A stretch of 64,000 nt of DNA from Candidatus Poribacteria bacterium (GTDB taxonomy: Bacteria; Poribacteria; WGA-4E; WGA-3G), in NCBI GenBank assembly GCA_963666305.1, contig OY762722.1:4707073-4771072 (forward strand). The letters are read 5' to 3'. Shown here in pieces: positions 29,900 through 40,077 of this stretch. The notes beneath the pieces are model-generated. The model was not told the DNA's origin, did no database searches, and saw only the letters and a program-made list of their open reading frames with translations. Position numbers and translations under genes: made by a program. The first letter of the stretch is position 1, and the number at the start of each line of letters is the position of its first letter.

Positions 29900-31381
29900 A
29901 TGGAAAATAAAACAGTAGCGGTCATTGGAGGTGGACTTGGAGCATTGAGTGGCGCGATCCGTCTCGCACGACTCGGATTTTCTGTCCAGTTATTTGAGAA
30001 GAATCCGAAAATCGGTGGAAAGGTGAACGAAGTGATTTTGGGAGACTATCGGTTTGACACCGGGGCATCGCTGTTAACGATGCCATCTGTCATCGACGAA
30101 CTGTTCGATTTCGCTGGATTCAAGCGGTCAGATTATCTCGACTTTGTACCGATTGATCCAATATGCCGATACTTTTTCCCAGATGGTTCGGTGATGGATG
30201 CGAGTGCTGATAAGAGGAAGATGAAAGCCGCTATTGCGCAACTATCGCCGAACGATGTGAAGGCATACGAACGGTTTTTGAAATACACAGAACGCATTCA
30301 CGATCTAACAGCCGAAATCTTTATGTTTACCCCGATCCACGAATTTAGGAAACTCCTGCGACGGCGGTATTTTCGGACGCTGTTCAGGCTCCATCAAATT
30401 GACCCATTTCGGACGGTTCATCAGAGTGTATCACGTTTTTTCTCAGATCCGCGCCTCGTTCAACTTTTTGACCGCTACGCAACTTACAATGGCTCCGATC
30501 CATTTCAAGCCCCTGCTACTCTTAATATAATTCCATATATTGAATACGGATTGGGTGGGTATTACATCAAAGGCGGAATATACCGTTTGATTGACGCATT
30601 GAAAGCGGTGGCGTATGAATTAGGTGTTCAGATTCATACATCGGCGACAGTCGAAAAAATCTGCCATGATGGTAAACAGGTGAGTGGTGTGCGAGTTAAT
30701 GGTGAGAAAATTGAGGCGAATTACGTACTCTGTGGCACGGATGCAGTCGTAGCACATGACAAATTGATTGATGGACATCAGATTCGGCAAAAAAGACTCA
30801 ATCAATTGGAACCGTCATTGTCTGGAATGGTATTCCTATGGGGTGTTAGAGCGAGACATCCAGAGTTAGCACACCATAACATTATCTTCTCCAGCGACTA
30901 CGATGCGGAATTCGATCAGATTTTCAGAGATAGGCAAGTACCGGATGAACCGACGATTTACATTGCCATAACCAGCAAAGCGGATGCGGCACACGCGCCA
31001 ACTGATGGCGAAAATTGGTTTGTATTATTGAACATGCCATATATGGTTCCTGGGCAGATGTGGGAGAAGGAAAAAGTTCGGATGCAGAAGGTTGTTTTGG
31101 ATAGATTAAAGCAACTCGGTTTCGACATCGCAGATCAGATTGAAGTGGAGCAAATCTACACACCAGAGGATTTCTCTGAACTTTACGCCAGTAATCAGGG
31201 CAGTATCTACGGTGTATCGTCGAATAGCAAAACTACAGCGTTCAGACGGCTACCGAATCGGAGTCGTCTCCTTGATGGACTTTACTTCGCAGGGGGTTCA
31301 GTGCATCCGGGGGGCGGAATTCCGTTGGTAATATTGTCTGGGAAAATGACTGCGACATTAATTGCTGAAAACAGTTTTTAA
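29900..31381 (+). CDS. Phytoene desaturase family oxidoreductase (CrtI/CrtD-like; possibly a 3,4-desaturase)
   Basis: FAD motif VAVIGGGLGALSGA; ..EKNPKIGGKVNEVILGDYRFDTGASLLTMP.. CrtI-family signature; leader GGAATAATTAAAAATATG is near-identical to that of the next gene. Confidence 0.75.
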   Translation: MENKTVAVIGGGLGALSGAIRLARLGFSVQLFEKNPKIGGKVNEVILGDYRFDTGASLLTMPSVIDELFDFAGFKRSDYLDFVPIDPICRYFFPDGSVMDASADKRKMKAAIAQLSPNDVKAYERFLKYTERIHDLTAEIFMFTPIHEFRKLLRRRYFRTLFRLHQIDPFRTVHQSVSRFFSDPRLVQLFDRYATYNGSDPFQAPATLNIIPYIEYGLGGYYIKGGIYRLIDALKAVAYELGVQIHTSATVEKICHDGKQVSGVRVNGEKIEANYVLCGTDAVVAHDKLIDGHQIRQKRLNQLEPSLSGMVFLWGVRARHPELAHHNIIFSSDYDAEFDQIFRDRQVPDEPTIYIAITSKADAAHAPTDGENWFVLLNMPYMVPGQMWEKEKVRMQKVVLDRLKQLGFDIADQIEVEQIYTPEDFSELYASNQGSIYGVSSNSKTTAFRRLPNRSRLLDGLYFAGGSVHPGGGIPLVILSGKMTATLIAENSF

Positions 31382-31440
31382 TTTTACCTTGCGGTTCGGT
31401 CAGGTGGACTTGATACATGAGTGCCTCTCCGTATATCTAA

Positions 31441-31530
31441 GGGAAACACCCAAGCAAAAACACCTCCACTTCGTTACGGACTACAATTGAGAAAATCATC
31501 AAAATCAGCAGCCTGCAACAACGGCGCAGG
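31441..31530. repeat. Family E repeat plus the inverted-repeat arm CAGCAGCCTGCAACAACGGCGCAGG
   Basis: See 29732..29790. Confidence 0.5.
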
Positions 31531-31595
31531 CAACTCGACAGGAGAGACCTCAAGTTACAAATATCGTCGTTACTCCGCAAGGAATAGTTAAAAAT

Positions 31596-33089
31596 ATGAA
31601 GCGCAAAATTGTCATCATCGGCTCAGGGTTCGGCGGACTTGCGGCAGCGATTCGACTGCAAGCCAAAGGCATGCGAGTCACACTTCTGGAAAAGAATGCG
31701 AAAGTTGGGGGTCATGCTTATCAACTGGTTAAGGAGGGCTACACCTTCGACATGGGACCCTCTATTATCACCGCTCCTGACTTGATTCAACGTGTATTTG
31801 CGTGTGGTGGCACACGGATGGAAGATTACCTTGATTTGGTGAAACTTGACCCATTTTATCGTATCTATTTCCATGGCGGTACATCTCTCGATTACACAGA
31901 TGACAGCGAACAGATGAAACAGCAGATGGCACAGTTCAGCACAACGGATGCCGATAACTACGATCGTTTCATGGCGCATACCTATCAACTTTACGATGCT
32001 GTCATCACGGACGGGTTAGGCGCGACCGCATTTGATTTGCCGACGATGCTCAATTTTCTGCCACGCGCTTTACGGCTTCGAGCATTGATGCCTGCCTACG
32101 ACTTTGTTAAGAGATATTTTGAAGATTCGCGTCACCGTTTTACCTTCTCGTTCCATCCGTTGTTTATAGGGGGCAATCCGTTCCGAGCACCAGCGGTTTA
32201 CCTGATGATCCCGTATCTTGAAAAAGCTGGAGGGGTGTGGTTCTGCAAAGGCGGTATGTACAACCTCGTTCAGGCATTAGAGAGCGTATTTAAAAAACTC
32301 GGCGGTATCGTCGAGACTCATACAGAGGTTGAACAGATTATTGTTGAAAATCGGTGCGCAAAGGGAGTGATTGCCAACGAACAATTTTACGAAACTGATG
32401 GTGTTATTTCAAATGCCGATCTCGTACATACCTACGGAACACTTGTTAAATCCGAACATCGTAGGAAATGGTCTGACAAGAAACTTAGAAAGACGCAATA
32501 TTCGATGAGTGCCTTCCTGCTCTATCTCGGTGTCCGTAAAAAATATCCGCAACTCAAGCACCACACACTCATTTTGTCCGAAAGATACAAAGGATTGGTA
32601 ACCGATATTTTTGACAATAAAGTACTTCCGAAGGATTTTTCAATGTACCTACACATTCCATCACAAACCGACCCGTCAATGGCACCGGAAGGTTGTGAGA
32701 GCATATACGTCTTGATTCCTGTGCCAAATTTGGAGAGTAGTGTCAACTGGGCAAAGACGAAGGAGGCGTATACGGACAAAGTGCTGACATTCTTGGAAAA
32801 TGACTTTGGACTGACAGACCTAAAGCGTTCTATTGAAGTGCTCGAAACGTTTACGCCTTCAGATTTCAAAAGGCAACGAAACAACCATCTCGGCAGCGCA
32901 TGGGGCGTTGAGCCAAAACTGACACAAACAGCGTATTTTCGACCGCATAACCGAAGTGAAGATATACAGAAACTCTACTTTGTCGGTGCAAACACGCATC
33001 CCGGTGCAGGCGTGCCGGGTGTCTTGCTGACAGCAGAAACGACGGTAAAACTTGTCGTCAAGGATTTGATTGAGGAGAGCTCATCATGA
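31596..33089 (+). CDS. crtI: Phytoene desaturase CrtI
   Basis: IVIIGSGFGGLAAA..LEKNAKVGGHAYQLVKEGYTFDMGPSIIT classic CrtI N-terminus. Confidence 0.8.
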   Translation: MKRKIVIIGSGFGGLAAAIRLQAKGMRVTLLEKNAKVGGHAYQLVKEGYTFDMGPSIITAPDLIQRVFACGGTRMEDYLDLVKLDPFYRIYFHGGTSLDYTDDSEQMKQQMAQFSTTDADNYDRFMAHTYQLYDAVITDGLGATAFDLPTMLNFLPRALRLRALMPAYDFVKRYFEDSRHRFTFSFHPLFIGGNPFRAPAVYLMIPYLEKAGGVWFCKGGMYNLVQALESVFKKLGGIVETHTEVEQIIVENRCAKGVIANEQFYETDGVISNADLVHTYGTLVKSEHRRKWSDKKLRKTQYSMSAFLLYLGVRKKYPQLKHHTLILSERYKGLVTDIFDNKVLPKDFSMYLHIPSQTDPSMAPEGCESIYVLIPVPNLESSVNWAKTKEAYTDKVLTFLENDFGLTDLKRSIEVLETFTPSDFKRQRNNHLGSAWGVEPKLTQTAYFRPHNRSEDIQKLYFVGANTHPGAGVPGVLLTAETTVKLVVKDLIEESSS

Positions 33090-34015
33090 AAAAATTCTGG
33101 AAAGCAGAAGAGAATCGGGTTGCCTTTGAGTATGCTCGCAGGATAACTGCCCATTATTCAAAAAGTTTTTACTTCTCAACAAAGATGCTGCCCAAAGAAC
33201 AACGTTGGGCAACTTATGCGTTATACGGTTTCTGTCGACACTGCGACAATCTGATTGATACGCCGCGTCAACGGACTGAAACAGAAATCGTTAGAGAGAT
33301 ACAACTCTTGACAGAAGAATTACAGGTTGCTTACAATACAGGTGAGTCTCAACATCCAATTATTCGTGCATTCATTCTCGTTGCCAAGAGCTATGGTATC
33401 CCTATTGAATATCCGCTCGATTTGCTCAAGGGGGTCGCCATGGATGTCCAGCAGACGCGGTATAAAACGATTGATGAACTCTCTCTTTTCTGTTATCGGG
33501 TTGCCGCCGTTGTTGGACTGATGATGACCCATGTCCTCGGCTATAAGGACGAGCTTGCCTTTGGTTATGCCAAGCAACTCGGAATTGCCATGCAACTCAC
33601 CAACATCCTGCGTGACATCAAAGAGGATAAGAATATGGGACGCATCTATCTACCACAAAAGGATTTGGTGAGATTCGGTGTCTTGGAGCAAGACATCTTA
33701 AAAGAAAAAGTGACACCTCAATTGAAAGAACTGATGAAATTTCAAATTGAACGCGCAGATCACTATTACACCGAAGCCATGCCCGGCATCTCTTTACTCG
33801 AAACGGAATCACAGTATGCGATCTATTCAGCCGCTAAAATTTACCGCGGGATTTTAAGGAAGATTGAAGAGCACAACTATAACCCATTTTTAAGTCGAGT
33901 CTTTGTGCCGTCGAGTCAGAAAATCGGGATTCTGTTACACGAAGGACTTCGGGCAAAATTTCTATCGGCACAGGAGAAACTATTTCCAGTCCATTCAGGA
34001 ATAATCAACAAATGA
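33086..34015 (+). CDS. crtB: Phytoene synthase CrtB
   Basis: Squalene/phytoene synthase motifs (YGFCRHCDNLID..; ..GIAMQLTNILRDIKED..); ATGA overlap with crtI. Confidence 0.85.
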   Translation: MKKFWKAEENRVAFEYARRITAHYSKSFYFSTKMLPKEQRWATYALYGFCRHCDNLIDTPRQRTETEIVREIQLLTEELQVAYNTGESQHPIIRAFILVAKSYGIPIEYPLDLLKGVAMDVQQTRYKTIDELSLFCYRVAAVVGLMMTHVLGYKDELAFGYAKQLGIAMQLTNILRDIKEDKNMGRIYLPQKDLVRFGVLEQDILKEKVTPQLKELMKFQIERADHYYTEAMPGISLLETESQYAIYSAAKIYRGILRKIEEHNYNPFLSRVFVPSSQKIGILLHEGLRAKFLSAQEKLFPVHSGIINK

Positions 34016-34671
34016 TTCGGGCACAGCACCGTCTTTGGGCAGACATCATCTTTCAACCGTATCTAACCTGGTTGTTCAAGCGAAATTTTCACGAGATTCA
34101 GTTGTTAGGGACACCACCGAAAATACCTGACAAGCTACCGGTGCTGCTACTGCCAAATCACAGCACATGGTGGGATGGGTTCTTCGTTTATCTGCTCAAC
34201 AAAAAAATCTTTCGTCGGACTCCCTATCTGATGATGTTAGAAAAGCAACTATCGAAATACAAATTCTTCGCGAAAATAGGTGCTTATTCAATTGAACCGG
34301 AGAATCGACGGAACATCATTGAATCCCTTGAATACACCGTGGAATTATTGAATCAAGAGATGCCGCTCATCTCCGTTTTTCCGCAAGGACAACTCGTCCC
34401 GTGGCATACGCGACCTCTTGGATACAAACGCGGTGTTGAATGGATTTTACGGAAATACGGGAAACCTGTCGCTGTGCTTCCGTTGGCAATTCGCACAGAG
34501 TTTCTCGGCGAAAAGCGTCCAAGTGTATTCTTCCTGTTCGGTGCTGTCCATTCATTTGACGCGGGGACATTTCAAGGGATGGATTGGCTCGAACAGACTG
34601 AAACTGAACTATTAGATGATCTTGCTTTGCGGATTCTTCATGAAGAAAAGGGACAAAATCTGCTGGATTGA
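34012..34671 (+). CDS. Lysophospholipid-type acyltransferase (candidate carotenoid glycoside acyltransferase, CruD-like)
   Basis: HxxxxD motif (NHSTWWD) of the PlsC family; inside the crt operon next to a GT2. Confidence 0.6.
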   Translation: MIRAQHRLWADIIFQPYLTWLFKRNFHEIQLLGTPPKIPDKLPVLLLPNHSTWWDGFFVYLLNKKIFRRTPYLMMLEKQLSKYKFFAKIGAYSIEPENRRNIIESLEYTVELLNQEMPLISVFPQGQLVPWHTRPLGYKRGVEWILRKYGKPVAVLPLAIRTEFLGEKRPSVFFLFGAVHSFDAGTFQGMDWLEQTETELLDDLALRILHEEKGQNLLD

Positions 34672-34686
34672 AAGGTTGGTATTGCT

Positions 34687-35808
34687 TTGTTTATCCTGAT
34701 GCTTATTTCGATGGTTCTATTGACAGTTATTCTAACAGTCACACTGTTTAATGCTGCGACCGCACCGATGCTAAAAAAAACGTTTGGTCTCCAGAGTTGT
34801 CCACGCGTTTCGGTGTTGATCCCGGCGCGCAATGAAGAAACCAACGTTGGTGCTTGTATTGAAGGGTTCCTGTCTCAAAACTATGGTAACTTGGGGGTTC
34901 ACGTCCTTGATGACCAATCGACAGACCGCACGGGTGCGATTATCGAAAAAATCGGCGAACAGTATCCTGAAGTTCAGGCGATTCACGGTAAACCATTGCC
35001 AGCGGGATGGCATGGAAAAAACTGGGCATGTCATCAATTGAGCCAATACGCGGATGGAGAGATACTCATTTTTACCGATGCGGATAATCGTCCGGCACCA
35101 AACGCGATTGCGAATACTGTTGCCTACATGCAGAAGTTGGAGCTTGGATTCTTCTCGGCGTTTCCAGAAAAAGTAACAGGAACTTTGGCAGAAAAACTCG
35201 TCGTGCCGGTAGTGGATATGTTCGTTTATGCCGGGCTCCCGTTATGGCTTACCTACTTCAGTCGTTTTCCGTCGCTTGCAGCGGCGAGCGGTCTCTGGAT
35301 CGCATTCACCCGCGAGGCATATCAACAGGTTGGTGGACATCAAGCAGTATCAAATCAGATTGTTGAAGACGTTGAACTCAGCCGATTGGCAAAAAAGCGG
35401 GGTATCAAAATCTTGACCTCGGCGGGAACGCGCGTGGTGTCTTGCAGGATGTATCATTCGTTCAAGGAGGTCTGGGACGGATTTTCCAAAAACCTTTTTG
35501 GACTGGTCGGCTACAAAATGATACCGTTTTTTATTTTAGTTCTCGGTCTGTTTACAATGTGTGTGTTACCCTATATCACTGTCTGGTTTGCACCACTTAG
35601 AGGACTGGCAATTGTTGCTATCGTTATGAATATCGTTATTCGGATGGTGCTGGCATTCAAATATAGGCACCCCTTCTTCACAAGCGTAATTTTACATCCG
35701 TTTGGCATTCTATTAACCTTGCTGATTGGTATCAATTCATTCTGTCAAGTTAGAAGTGGTCGTCTGCAGTGGAAAGGGCGACAGATTGATCTGCAAACGA
35801 CTGAGTAA
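34687..35808 (+). CDS. Family 2 glycosyltransferase (candidate carotenoid glycosyltransferase, CruC/CrtX-like)
   Basis: GT2 motifs (VSVLIPARNEE..DDQSTD..FTDADN) plus C-terminal TM helices; TTG/ATG start uncertain (34687/34699/34711). Confidence 0.65.
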   Translation: MFILMLISMVLLTVILTVTLFNAATAPMLKKTFGLQSCPRVSVLIPARNEETNVGACIEGFLSQNYGNLGVHVLDDQSTDRTGAIIEKIGEQYPEVQAIHGKPLPAGWHGKNWACHQLSQYADGEILIFTDADNRPAPNAIANTVAYMQKLELGFFSAFPEKVTGTLAEKLVVPVVDMFVYAGLPLWLTYFSRFPSLAAASGLWIAFTREAYQQVGGHQAVSNQIVEDVELSRLAKKRGIKILTSAGTRVVSCRMYHSFKEVWDGFSKNLFGLVGYKMIPFFILVLGLFTMCVLPYITVWFAPLRGLAIVAIVMNIVIRMVLAFKYRHPFFTSVILHPFGILLTLLIGINSFCQVRSGRLQWKGRQIDLQTTE

Positions 35809-36483
35809 GTGAATATATTCGTGAATAAACTAAAAACAGGGGCGCTTTATCTACTTTTAGGTGCGGGTGGATTGTGGCATGTACTCGGTGTGTTGCAAGA
35901 AGTCATGCGCGTCCTTGCTTCACCGATCATGTTCGGTTTGGGTGTATGGCTCTTTTGGGAATGCTGGCGGGTATATCCACGGAATGAACGACTGAAATTT
36001 ATCATCGTCAGTATAGGGGTTGTTTTCGTGAGTCTTGGGATTGAATGGATCGGTGTCTGGACAGGCGACATTTTCGGTTCATACCTGTATGGACAAACCT
36101 TACAGCCGTCGATCGGTGGTGTCCCCATCAGCATTGGGTCTGCTTGGTTTGTGACGCTCATTGCCTCGACCGCTGTTGCTCAGAAAATTGTCCCTAAATC
36201 CTTAGCAGAAGGTTTCCATTTCAAAATAGCGTTTTTGGTGGCTTTGCTAATGGTCTGCTTCGACCTGCTTATGGAACCAGCGGCAGTGAAATTGGATTAT
36301 TGGACCTGGATGAGCGACCATATCCCCTTGCGGAACTATTTAGCGTGGTTCGGATTAAGCTTCATCTTTGCGATGGTAGGTTTTCAAATTGGCGTGTTTC
36401 GTCAACAGTTACCTCGAATTGCTTTTCACTGTTATTTTGCGCAACTTCTATATTTTGGATTGGTTAATCTAAGCGGCTTATGA
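35809..36483 (+). CDS. Polytopic membrane carotenoid-biosynthesis protein (CruF/Caroten_synth-like; candidate 1',2'-hydratase)
   Basis: Six or seven TM helices, in-operon; family call is from memory of CruF-type proteins and is tentative. Confidence 0.35.
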   Translation: MNIFVNKLKTGALYLLLGAGGLWHVLGVLQEVMRVLASPIMFGLGVWLFWECWRVYPRNERLKFIIVSIGVVFVSLGIEWIGVWTGDIFGSYLYGQTLQPSIGGVPISIGSAWFVTLIASTAVAQKIVPKSLAEGFHFKIAFLVALLMVCFDLLMEPAAVKLDYWTWMSDHIPLRNYLAWFGLSFIFAMVGFQIGVFRQQLPRIAFHCYFAQLLYFGLVNLSGL

Positions 36484-37196
36484 AATCGACAAATAAGGGT
36501 TTATTCATTGCGTTAGGAATTATTGGTTTATGGGGAGTGAGTCTCTCAATTCTCCTCACACTTGATGCTCGTCGCGCTCACTTTGTGGTGCTACCTTTGG
36601 GCATGCTTTGTCAGACATTTCTGTACACGGGTCTGTTCATCACAGCGCACGACGCGATGCACGGTTCAATTTGTCCTACGCATCCGCGTATCAACAATGT
36701 AATGGGAGCACTCGCTGTCAGGTTATATGCCCTGTTTTCATATCGTAAATTACAGAAGAAACATTGGGAACATCACCGAACACCCGCCAGTGATACAGAT
36801 CCAGATTTTCACGATGGAAAGCACAGTGGGTTTTTGGCGTGGTATTTCCATTTCATGAGAGAATACCTGAGTTGGCAGCAAATCGTCGGTATGGCAATTG
36901 TATTTCAAATTATGGAATACGTTTTAGGGATCCCGACTTTCAAACTGATACTCTTTTGGGTTACTCCGGCATTGCTTAGCACACTCCAGTTGTTTTACTT
37001 TGGGACATATTTACCCCATCGAACGCCGGAAACTGGATATGATAACCGGCATCGTGCGCAGAGCAATGCGTATTCAACATTCTGGTCGTTTATCTCGTGT
37101 TATCACTTCGGTTATCACTGGGAACACCATGAGTATCCATACATCCCGTGGTGGCATTTGCCAGCAATACGTAGAATGAGGACGCGCCTCCAATGA
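36480..37196 (+). CDS. crtW: Beta-carotene 4-ketolase CrtW
   Basis: His boxes HDAMHG, HWEHH, HWEHH as in CrtW. Confidence 0.75.
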   Translation: MKSTNKGLFIALGIIGLWGVSLSILLTLDARRAHFVVLPLGMLCQTFLYTGLFITAHDAMHGSICPTHPRINNVMGALAVRLYALFSYRKLQKKHWEHHRTPASDTDPDFHDGKHSGFLAWYFHFMREYLSWQQIVGMAIVFQIMEYVLGIPTFKLILFWVTPALLSTLQLFYFGTYLPHRTPETGYDNRHRAQSNAYSTFWSFISCYHFGYHWEHHEYPYIPWWHLPAIRRMRTRLQ

Positions 37197-37909
37197 ACCT
37201 TATAATCTCAGTTGCTGGAACGTTTGCTGTGGTGATATTGCTGTGGTTGTTCTTTAGACCGCCGTTCGGAAGGAATATTGTTCGCCTGAACACGGATCAG
37301 CGGGTTGTCGCGCTCACCTACGACGATGGACCGAATCCGCCCTATACGGATCAATTGCTTGATGTCCTTGCGAAACACGATGTTAAAGCCACATTCTTCA
37401 TGATCGGAAACCGGATCGAAAAGCATCCCGATACGGTAAATCGGGTTATTACTGAGGGACATCAGATCGGCAATCACACCTATAGCCATCCGTTGTTGGG
37501 TTTCTTGCCGCCACCCTATGTCCGACGGGAGATTGAACGCACGGACGACCTCCTACAGAGATTGCTTCGCAGTGAGAACCCTACAGGAGTTTTCAAGGCA
37601 GGTGAAGTTGTGTTTCGTGCGCCAATGTTGACGCGGTTTTTGCCGGTAGCATGGGTGCTAGCGAAAGGTGGCCGCGCGCATATCAGTTGCAATGTGTGGA
37701 GTTGGGATTGGACGACACAGAATCCCGATAAAATCACTGAAACGGTATTGAAGAAGACAAGCCCCGGTTCGATTATCGTTCTACATGATGGGAAAGCAGA
37801 GAATAAAGAGGCAAACCGTTCAGGGACGATTGAAGCAACAGACAAAATCATCACGGCACTTAAACGGGATGGATATCAATTTGTGCGGGTGTCAGAGGTC
37901 AGTAATTAA
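37193..37909 (+). CDS. Polysaccharide deacetylase (CE4, NodB domain)
   Basis: LTYDDGP..ATFFMIGN..HTYSH motifs; N-terminal TM anchor. Confidence 0.75.
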   Translation: MNLIISVAGTFAVVILLWLFFRPPFGRNIVRLNTDQRVVALTYDDGPNPPYTDQLLDVLAKHDVKATFFMIGNRIEKHPDTVNRVITEGHQIGNHTYSHPLLGFLPPPYVRREIERTDDLLQRLLRSENPTGVFKAGEVVFRAPMLTRFLPVAWVLAKGGRAHISCNVWSWDWTTQNPDKITETVLKKTSPGSIIVLHDGKAENKEANRSGTIEATDKIITALKRDGYQFVRVSEVSN

Positions 37910-37919
37910 TAACTGTTCC

Positions 37920-40016
37920 TCAGTCTGTCACTTCCACAGAAATTTTTGCGTGAAAGGCATTTATATGTCCCTTTTCACCGTACCAGTCCCCTGTGGCTCC
38001 AAACTTAAAGACTTTGCCTCGCGCGAAACGATGCCTGATTTTTCCTGCTGTACTGGGTCTAATTCCCCACGCGGAGGTAAGTGCGTCAGTAGGATAGCCT
38101 TCTGTCGGCAGTTCGGTGTCGTCATCAAAGAGATCAAACGAACCGGAAGTGTCAGCACTCCCGACATGGATATCAATAATTAGCGTCCCACCATCTTCAA
38201 ATGCCGTAGCATCAATATTGACGACAGTGTAATCCTGATAACCTTCTCCGGGTGCTCGAAAAGCGTCTAATATTTCCTGTGACGGTTGCGTTTTGCTCAG
38301 TACAACATTCAGAACACTTAACGGTGCCTCTGGCGCGTCCTCGTTCGATTCAGAACGTTTTTCTTCTAAGGGTTCCTTTTGATTCTTCTCTACAGAAATT
38401 CTCGCCTTAAAAGCATTTGTGCTGCCTTTCTCATTCCAACTGTGATGCGCAGTAGCACCTAATGTAAAAAACGCACCTCGGTCAAAGCGATGCGTGAGTT
38501 GCCCTGTCTCATCAGGCCTGAGCGATACCCGGTCAAGTTTCTTATCTTGAGGCACCCAGTCATCCATAGGAAGCCGGCTGTCACCATCAAACAGAAGGAA
38601 CACACCTTTTGCCTCGGCTCTACCGACTTCAATATCAACGGTTAGTGTGCCACCATTTTCAAACGCCCTTGTATCAATGACAACAATGGTGTAATCCTGA
38701 TAGCCAACCACTGGTGTTCGGAAAACATCAAGGACATCCTGAGAAGACCCCTCGCTGTTCAGGGTTATATTCCCCAACCCGGGCTGTTGTCCTTCTAAAG
38801 CTTCCTTAAGAAATATAAGGTAACCCTCCTGCCACCGGAGTTTTCTACGCCATGTGTCGTCAATAAAATCATTGACAAGCAGCCTGCCCATCAGTTCAAA
38901 ATCGGGTGATATGACGAAACAATCCACGGGTGAACCCTTCTTCGATCCGGTCTTCCACCCCTTTATAATGGCTTGTGCCAACGGATGGCTTGTATCATAA
39001 GTCTTACCCTCGCGCTCGCGTCGCCTTGCAATCGGTTCTCGCAAACTATGGATACGCCCCAATTCAGCATTTGCTACCCAAGTGTTGATAAAATTTTCGT
39101 TCAAGAATGCTATGATTCCATCGTCATCGAGGACACCTGTCCTCAGGCTTTTGCCACTCCCTCAGCAGGATTCGTCGAAAAGTGGTCCACTTATTGAGAT
39201 GGCATGGATTGGTTTCTGTTGTGCAGGTGCCATCTTCAAGGCTTCTTCCAGCGATACCCAGTTAATTCGCGCCGACTTGTAAAAACGTAACATCAGTGCT
39301 TGCAATGCTTCTGCTTGGAGGATCGCTTCTGTGAATTTAGCATCTTGCAAAACGTCTTGTTTTCCTGCACAGAGTTCCATTTGCGGACAAAAGCCGATGT
39401 CCGCGGCGCGGCGTTCATTTCCAAATATCCTCCAACGTACATCAAAGTTCAGTGTGGCTTCCGGAACGTGCATCTTGAAGGAGGTAACCTTCTTTTTTAG
39501 CTGGTCAATAACTACATGTCCGGCAAACTGCGATGGGGCAAACCAACCTTTTTCTAAAACGAATTCCGCGTGGATACGAAACAGAATCTCAGCAAACTCA
39601 TCATTGTAGGCGCGTAGACATGCCCACAAACCGTAAGAATCCCCTCCACCAACCTCCAATTCCAATTGTGGACGCGGATTGAGTTGCCGCAGCAGCGTTA
39701 ATGCCCCCTCTTCTTCAATCTGCCAGCATTCACCCACCGAAACCGGTTCCTGTGGCAAAAATGCTTGAAAAACAGAGGCTGCATACTGCTTCTCCGGTTC
39801 AGCAGCCCGCAAATTCGCCAATTCGTCCCAATCCACGTGATAGTTACGTTGGGTGTATTCAATCGGTGCAATGACACCTGTGACGGACACTTCTGCATCA
39901 TCATCAAGCTTAAGTGCAATTTTATTGTTGAAAGTTTTCACTTTTCGGTATGAATTTCCTTTTCGGTATAGGATACCATTGCCATTAGAAGGAAGCAATG
40001 ATTCGCTTATACACAT
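37920..40016 (-). CDS. Candidate selenoprotein A. One continuous reading frame through an in-frame TGA at 39162-39164: an unknown N-domain, a thioredoxin-like segment (..KPIHAISISGPLFDESC-U-GSGKSL..FLNENFINTW..) and two tandem beta domains
   Basis: ORFs 39162..40016 and 37920..39104 are in the same frame separated only by TGA. The codon-level substitution pattern against the paralog continues uninterrupted across the TGA. A hairpin GAGGAC-AGGU-GUCCUC (plus 39129-39144) sits 17-33 nt downstream of the UGA, as a bacterial SECIS would. Confidence 0.45.
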
Positions 40017-40077
40017 TCTCGGATGCGCTCATGTATACTAAAGTTTAGACAATTCGTGTTGCGTGCAAGTTGAGTTT

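Noticed and set aside
39104-39161. Treating 37920..39104 and 41038..41793 as independent genes starting at TTG (TTG 39104 for A, TTG 41793 for B)
   Set aside because: There is no ATG, and the in-frame codons between the TGA and these TTGs are conserved at amino-acid level with synonymous-only changes between paralogs. Read-through (Sec) is the more parsimonious reading, though stop-start coupling cannot be excluded from sequence alone.
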